From: Alphaproteobacteria bacterium
Lineage (GTDB): Bacteria; Pseudomonadota; Alphaproteobacteria; SHVP01
Direction of reading: 5' to 3'
NCBI GenBank assembly: GCA_947473325.1
Contig: CANJEJ010000003.1
Span: 9,372-73,371, forward strand
DNA: 64,000 nucleotides
Below the pieces are notes generated by a model that saw nothing but the letters and a program-made list of their open reading frames with translations, was not told where the DNA came from and made no database searches. Numbering within the stretch: position 1 is the stretch's first letter; every line of letters starts with the position of its first letter. A program made the translations under genes and the position numbers. Below, piece after piece: positions 60,326-64,000 of the stretch.

Positions 60326-61918
60326 ATGACGACAACGGCACCCCCCCGCCTCGCCGTGGCTGGCTGTGGCTATTGGGGCAAGAATCTCGTGCGCAACGTG
60401 CATGCCCTGGGCTCACTAGCCGCCTGTTGCGATGCCAATCCGGCCCTCGCCAGATCGATGGCAGAACAGTACGGCGTACCGGCCAAGGACTGGGCCACGA
60501 TCATCGCCGATCCCGACATTGCCGGCGTCGTAATCGCCGCTCCTGCCGCGCTGCATGCACGCATGGCGAAGGAAGCGCTGAATGCCGGCAAGCATGTCTT
60601 CGTGGAGAAGCCGCTGGCGCTCGATCCGGCCGATGCCGCTGAACTGTGCGCCCTAGCGCGCGGCGCCCGCCGCACGCTGATGGTCGGGCACCTGCTGCAG
60701 TACCACCCGGCCTTCCTCAAGCTGAAGGCCATGGTGGGCGCTGGGGAACTTGGCCGCATCCAGTATGTCTATTCGAACCGGCTCAACTTCGGGAAGGTCC
60801 GCCAGGAAGAAAACATCCTGTGGAGCTTCGCGCCGCATGACATCTCGATGATCCTGGGCCTGATGGGCGCCGAGCCGACCGAGATCACCACAGTCGGCGC
60901 CAATTACCTGCACAAGGACATTGCTGACGTCACCACGACGCACCTGTCCTTCGCCGGCGGCCAGGAAGCTCATGTCTTTGTGTCCTGGCTGCACCCGTTC
61001 AAGGAACAAAAGCTGGTCGTCATTGCCGACCATGCGATGGCCGTGTTCGACGACAGCCAGCCCTGGGAACGCAAGCTGCTGCTCTATCCGCAGCAGGTGT
61101 CGTGGAAGGACGGGCGGCCGGAAGCCAAGGCCGTGGACGCCAAGCCCGTAGCACTGGAATCGGCCGAGCCACTGAAGATGGAATGCCAGCATTTCATCGA
61201 CTGCATCCTGTCGGGTGAGACGCCGCGCACCGATGGCGAGGAAGGGTTGCGTGTGCTGCGCGTGCTGCACGCCTCGCAGAGGTCGATGGAACTGCGGCGT
61301 CCGGTCAAACTGAGCGAGACGAAGAGCGGCGCGAAGACCGCCGGCGCAGTCATCCATGAATCCGCCTATGTCGACGACGGTGCAGAAGTCGGCGCCGGCA
61401 CCCGCATCTGGCACTTCAGCCATGTTCTGTCGCGGACGAAGGTCGGCAAGAACTGCTCGCTCGGCCAGAACGTGGTGGCAGGTCCCGACGTGACGATCGG
61501 CGATCGCTGCAAGATCCAGAACAACGTGAGCATCTACAAGGGCGTGACCCTGGAAGACGGTGTCTTCTGCGGCCCCAGTATGGTGTTCACCAACGTGATG
61601 AACCCGCGCGCCGAGATTGAGCGCAAGGACGAGTTCCGCAACACCCTGGTGAAACGCGGCGCCAGCATCGGCGCTAACGCCACCGTCGTCTGCGGCACCA
61701 CGCTGGGCAGCTATTGCTTCATTGCTGCGGGCGCGGTCGTGACCAAGGACGTCCCCGACTTCGCCATGATGGCGGGCGTGCCCGCACGCCGCATCGGCTG
61801 GATGTCGCGTTCGGGCGACAAGCTCGACGCATCGTTGACCTGCCCGCGCACGGGCGAACGCTACCGCGTAAACACGCAAGGCAACCTGGAGCTGATCGAT
61901 GACCGCCAGTCCCGTTAA
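60326..61918 (+). CDS. Fusion of a WbpB-like Gfo/Idh/MocA oxidoreductase (N) and a WbpD-like hexapeptide-repeat N-acetyltransferase (C)
   Basis: N-terminus [11 protein letters not shown]...EKPLAL (Gfo/Idh/MocA); C-terminal ~190 aa left-handed beta-helix hexapeptide repeats ([27 protein letters not shown]). Confidence 0.8.
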   Translation: MTTTAPPRLAVAGCGYWGKNLVRNVHALGSLAACCDANPALARSMAEQYGVPAKDWATIIADPDIAGVVIAAPAALHARMAKEALNAGKHVFVEKPLALDPADAAELCALARGARRTLMVGHLLQYHPAFLKLKAMVGAGELGRIQYVYSNRLNFGKVRQEENILWSFAPHDISMILGLMGAEPTEITTVGANYLHKDIADVTTTHLSFAGGQEAHVFVSWLHPFKEQKLVVIADHAMAVFDDSQPWERKLLLYPQQVSWKDGRPEAKAVDAKPVALESAEPLKMECQHFIDCILSGETPRTDGEEGLRVLRVLHASQRSMELRRPVKLSETKSGAKTAGAVIHESAYVDDGAEVGAGTRIWHFSHVLSRTKVGKNCSLGQNVVAGPDVTIGDRCKIQNNVSIYKGVTLEDGVFCGPSMVFTNVMNPRAEIERKDEFRNTLVKRGASIGANATVVCGTTLGSYCFIAAGAVVTKDVPDFAMMAGVPARRIGWMSRSGDKLDASLTCPRTGERYRVNTQGNLELIDDRQSR

Positions 61919-63044
61919 ATCCGCCCCCACTTCGGTAGAGTTCATCGACCTCGGGGCCCAGCAGCGGCGCATCGGCGACAAGGTCGAAGCCGCCGTCAAG
62001 CGCGTGCTAGCGCACGGCAAATACATCATGGGGCCCGAGGTGAAGACGCTGGAAGACCAGCTGTCTCGCTTTGCCGGCGTCAAGCACACCGTGAGCTGCG
62101 CGAGCGGCACCGACGCGCTGAGCCTGCCATTGATGGCACTCGGTATCGGACCGGGCGACGCGGTCTTCGTGCCGACCTTCACCTTTGCGGCGACGGCGGA
62201 AGTGGTGGCGCTGGTCGGGGCCACGCCGATCTTCGTCGATGTCGAGGCGGGCTCGTTCAACATGGACGTGAAAAGCCTCCAGCGTGCCGTCGACGCGATG
62301 CCAGCAGGCCTGACACCGAAAGGCATCATTCCGGTCGACCTGTTCGGCCAGCCCGCCGACTATGACGCGATCGACAAAGTTGCCCAGGCGAAGAACCTGT
62401 GGGTGCTCGCCGACGCCGCGCAAAGCTTTGGCGCGACGCTGGGCAACCGCCGCACCGGATCGATGGGCCGCATCGCCGGCACCAGCTTCTTTCCAGCGAA
62501 GCCGCTGGGCTGCTACGGCGACGGCGGCGCCATCTTCACCGATGACGCCGACCTGAACGACATCATGAAGTCGCTGCGCGTCCACGGTCAGGGCAGCGAC
62601 AAATACGACAATGTGCGAATCGGCATGAACGGCCGTCTGGACACGATCCAGGCTGCGGTGTTGATCGAGAAGCTCGCGATCTTCGAGGACGAGATCGCGG
62701 CGCGCCAGCGCGTGGGCAAGCGCTACAACGACCTGCTACGCGGCACCGTCATCGTTCCCGAAGTTGCCGCCAATGCCACATCTGTCTGGGCGCAATACAC
62801 CATTCGCCTGCCGAACCGCGACAAGGTGGCGGCAGCGCTGAAGGCCGAGGGCATCCCCACGGCGATCTACTATCCGCGCCCGCTGCACCAGCAGACCGCC
62901 TATCGCAACTTCCCGTCGGCACCGGGCGGCTGCCCGGTCTCGGAAAAGCTCGCCGGCGAGGTTCTGAGCCTTCCCATGCACCCCTATCTCGACACCGCGA
63001 CGCAGGACCGCATCGTCACCGCCGTCAAAGCGGCCGTGGGCTGA
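61899..63044 (+). CDS. DegT/DnrJ/EryC1/StrS-family aminotransferase (WbpE-like)
   Basis: PLP-dependent sugar aminotransferase motifs ([18 protein letters not shown]); overlaps the upstream gene. Confidence 0.85.
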   Translation: MTASPVKSAPTSVEFIDLGAQQRRIGDKVEAAVKRVLAHGKYIMGPEVKTLEDQLSRFAGVKHTVSCASGTDALSLPLMALGIGPGDAVFVPTFTFAATAEVVALVGATPIFVDVEAGSFNMDVKSLQRAVDAMPAGLTPKGIIPVDLFGQPADYDAIDKVAQAKNLWVLADAAQSFGATLGNRRTGSMGRIAGTSFFPAKPLGCYGDGGAIFTDDADLNDIMKSLRVHGQGSDKYDNVRIGMNGRLDTIQAAVLIEKLAIFEDEIAARQRVGKRYNDLLRGTVIVPEVAANATSVWAQYTIRLPNRDKVAAALKAEGIPTAIYYPRPLHQQTAYRNFPSAPGGCPVSEKLAGEVLSLPMHPYLDTATQDRIVTAVKAAVG

Positions 63045-63057
63045 AGGCGCCCGACCG

Positions 63058-64000
63058 ATGCGCATCCTGTCGCGCCTTCTCTGGCTGATGGTCGACATCA
63101 TCGTCGCCATCCCGCTGGTTGGCGCGCTGGCGGCGGCATCGCTGCTTGGGTATGCCCGCTACAAGCCCCCAACGCGGGGCGCGCTGCTGCATTTGTCCGG
63201 CGGCTCGTCGACCGTGCAGATCTTCCAGAAATACGGCAGTTTCGCCAAGCTGTTCGACACCGAGACACCGCCGACCGACGGCTTCACCGCCAATGTGCTG
63301 TTCTGGTTCCCGAGCGACAGTTCGCTCGCGCTCAGCTTTCCGAACGGCTGGACCGTGCTTGAGCAAGGCAAGATTCTCGGGCGGCTCACGCTGAGTGCCG
63401 TTCCGCTCTACCTTATCCGAGCCTTGCTGGCGGTGCGCCGCCACCGCGTCGCGGCGATACGTGCCTGGGACCCTGGTTTTTCAGGTCCGTGGGGCGTGCT
63501 GCTCTCGCGGCTTGTTCATGTGCCGCTCGCCGTGTCCATCCACGCCGATTACGACAAGATGGCCGAGATGAGCGGGCAACGCGGGACCCAGGCGCCGCTC
63601 GGCTCGCGCAACTTGGCGCGACGGGTGGAAAGCTTCGTGCTCCGGCGAGCCACGCTCGTGATGCCGATTCGCAGCCACCTTGCGCTGAAGGCGCGTCGCG
63701 CCGGTGTCGATCCAGCGCGGCTTGCCGTCATTCCGCACGGTGTCGATCTCGAGGAGGTCAGGCAGGCGGAAGGCAGCACGGCGCTGCGCCGGCTTGATGG
63801 CCGACGCGTACTGAGCTTCGCAGGCCGGCTCTCACGCGAAAATTATGTCGATGACATTCTTGAACTCGCACGGCTGCTGGGCGACCGCCACGATGTGTGC
63901 ATCGCCATCGCGGGCCATGGTCCGGAAGAAGCGCGGCTCAAGGCCCTACAGGCCGCCGATCCCGTCCTGCAGCGGACGGTCGTCTTCCTCGGTGCCTTGT
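63058..64000 (+). CDS. Glycosyltransferase family 4 (GT-B), partial; runs off the window end
   Basis: Hand translation from ATG 63058 is open to 64000: MRILSRLLWLMVDIIVAIPL...VLSFAGRLSRENYVDDILELARLL (GT4-like). Absent from the ORF track because no stop lies within the window. Confidence 0.6.
   Translation, partial: MRILSRLLWLMVDIIVAIPLVGALAAASLLGYARYKPPTRGALLHLSGGSSTVQIFQKYGSFAKLFDTETPPTDGFTANVLFWFPSDSSLALSFPNGWTVLEQGKILGRLTLSAVPLYLIRALLAVRRHRVAAIRAWDPGFSGPWGVLLSRLVHVPLAVSIHADYDKMAEMSGQRGTQAPLGSRNLARRVESFVLRRATLVMPIRSHLALKARRAGVDPARLAVIPHGVDLEEVRQAEGSTALRRLDGRRVLSFAGRLSRENYVDDILELARLLGDRHDVCIAIAGHGPEEARLKALQAADPVLQRTVVFLGAL

Noticed and set aside
60653-62329. 558-aa minus-strand ORF
   Set aside because: Antisense to the WbpB–WbpD fusion and the DegT aminotransferase.

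Overview
High-GC (~67%) alphaproteobacterial core chromosome, Sphingomonadaceae-like in gene content. Genes are densely packed and mostly recognisable housekeeping or envelope functions. I found no transposase, integrase, CRISPR array or phage gene. High GC produces many long antisense ORFs in the six-frame track, which I treated as spurious.

Main blocks, from start to end:
- dTDP-rhamnose tail genes (GT2, rmlD, rmlC).
- A penicillin-amidase/AHL-acylase-like Ntn hydrolase next to an MBL-fold hydrolase.
- A TPP-dependent enzyme, RidA, and a family-5 ABC substrate-binding protein.
- Two tandem bicupin paralogs.
- A 7-gene, same-strand operon: secreted EF-hand protein, ECF sigma factor, membrane anti-sigma factor, periplasmic LTXXQ (CpxP/Spy-like) protein, MacA-like adaptor carrying an embedded LTXXQ module, MacB ATPase and MacB permease. 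This is the most system-like and unusual locus.
- Pyruvate carboxylase, a class III nucleotidyl cyclase, GST and mmsA.
- An 822-aa Sel1-repeat envelope protein with a repeated short linear motif.
- An mlaC / Sel1 / mlaA operon.
- Tandem alpha/beta-hydrolase paralogs, NmrA, RidA, a histidine kinase and tRNA-Thr(CGT).
- hemY, a hemD-hemX-like fusion, and hemC.
- tsaD, gpsA and YciI, then an apparent insertion (double pseudo-alpha/beta-hydrolase, EF-hand protein, a second YciI) before EVE and tandem Rieske paralogs.
- Creatininase, GNAT, acs, thermonuclease, a missed 55-aa DUF1674 ORF, an M48 protease, rsmB, rpe and heparinase II/III.
- At the 3' end, a WbpA/B/D/E-type UDP-2,3-diacetamido-2,3-dideoxy-uronic-acid sugar locus. 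It contains a WbpB–WbpD fusion, an ops-like motif in its leader, and a partial GT4.

Tandem paralog pairs recur throughout the window: cupin, alpha/beta hydrolase, Rieske, YciI, EF-hand, GST, RidA and Sel1.
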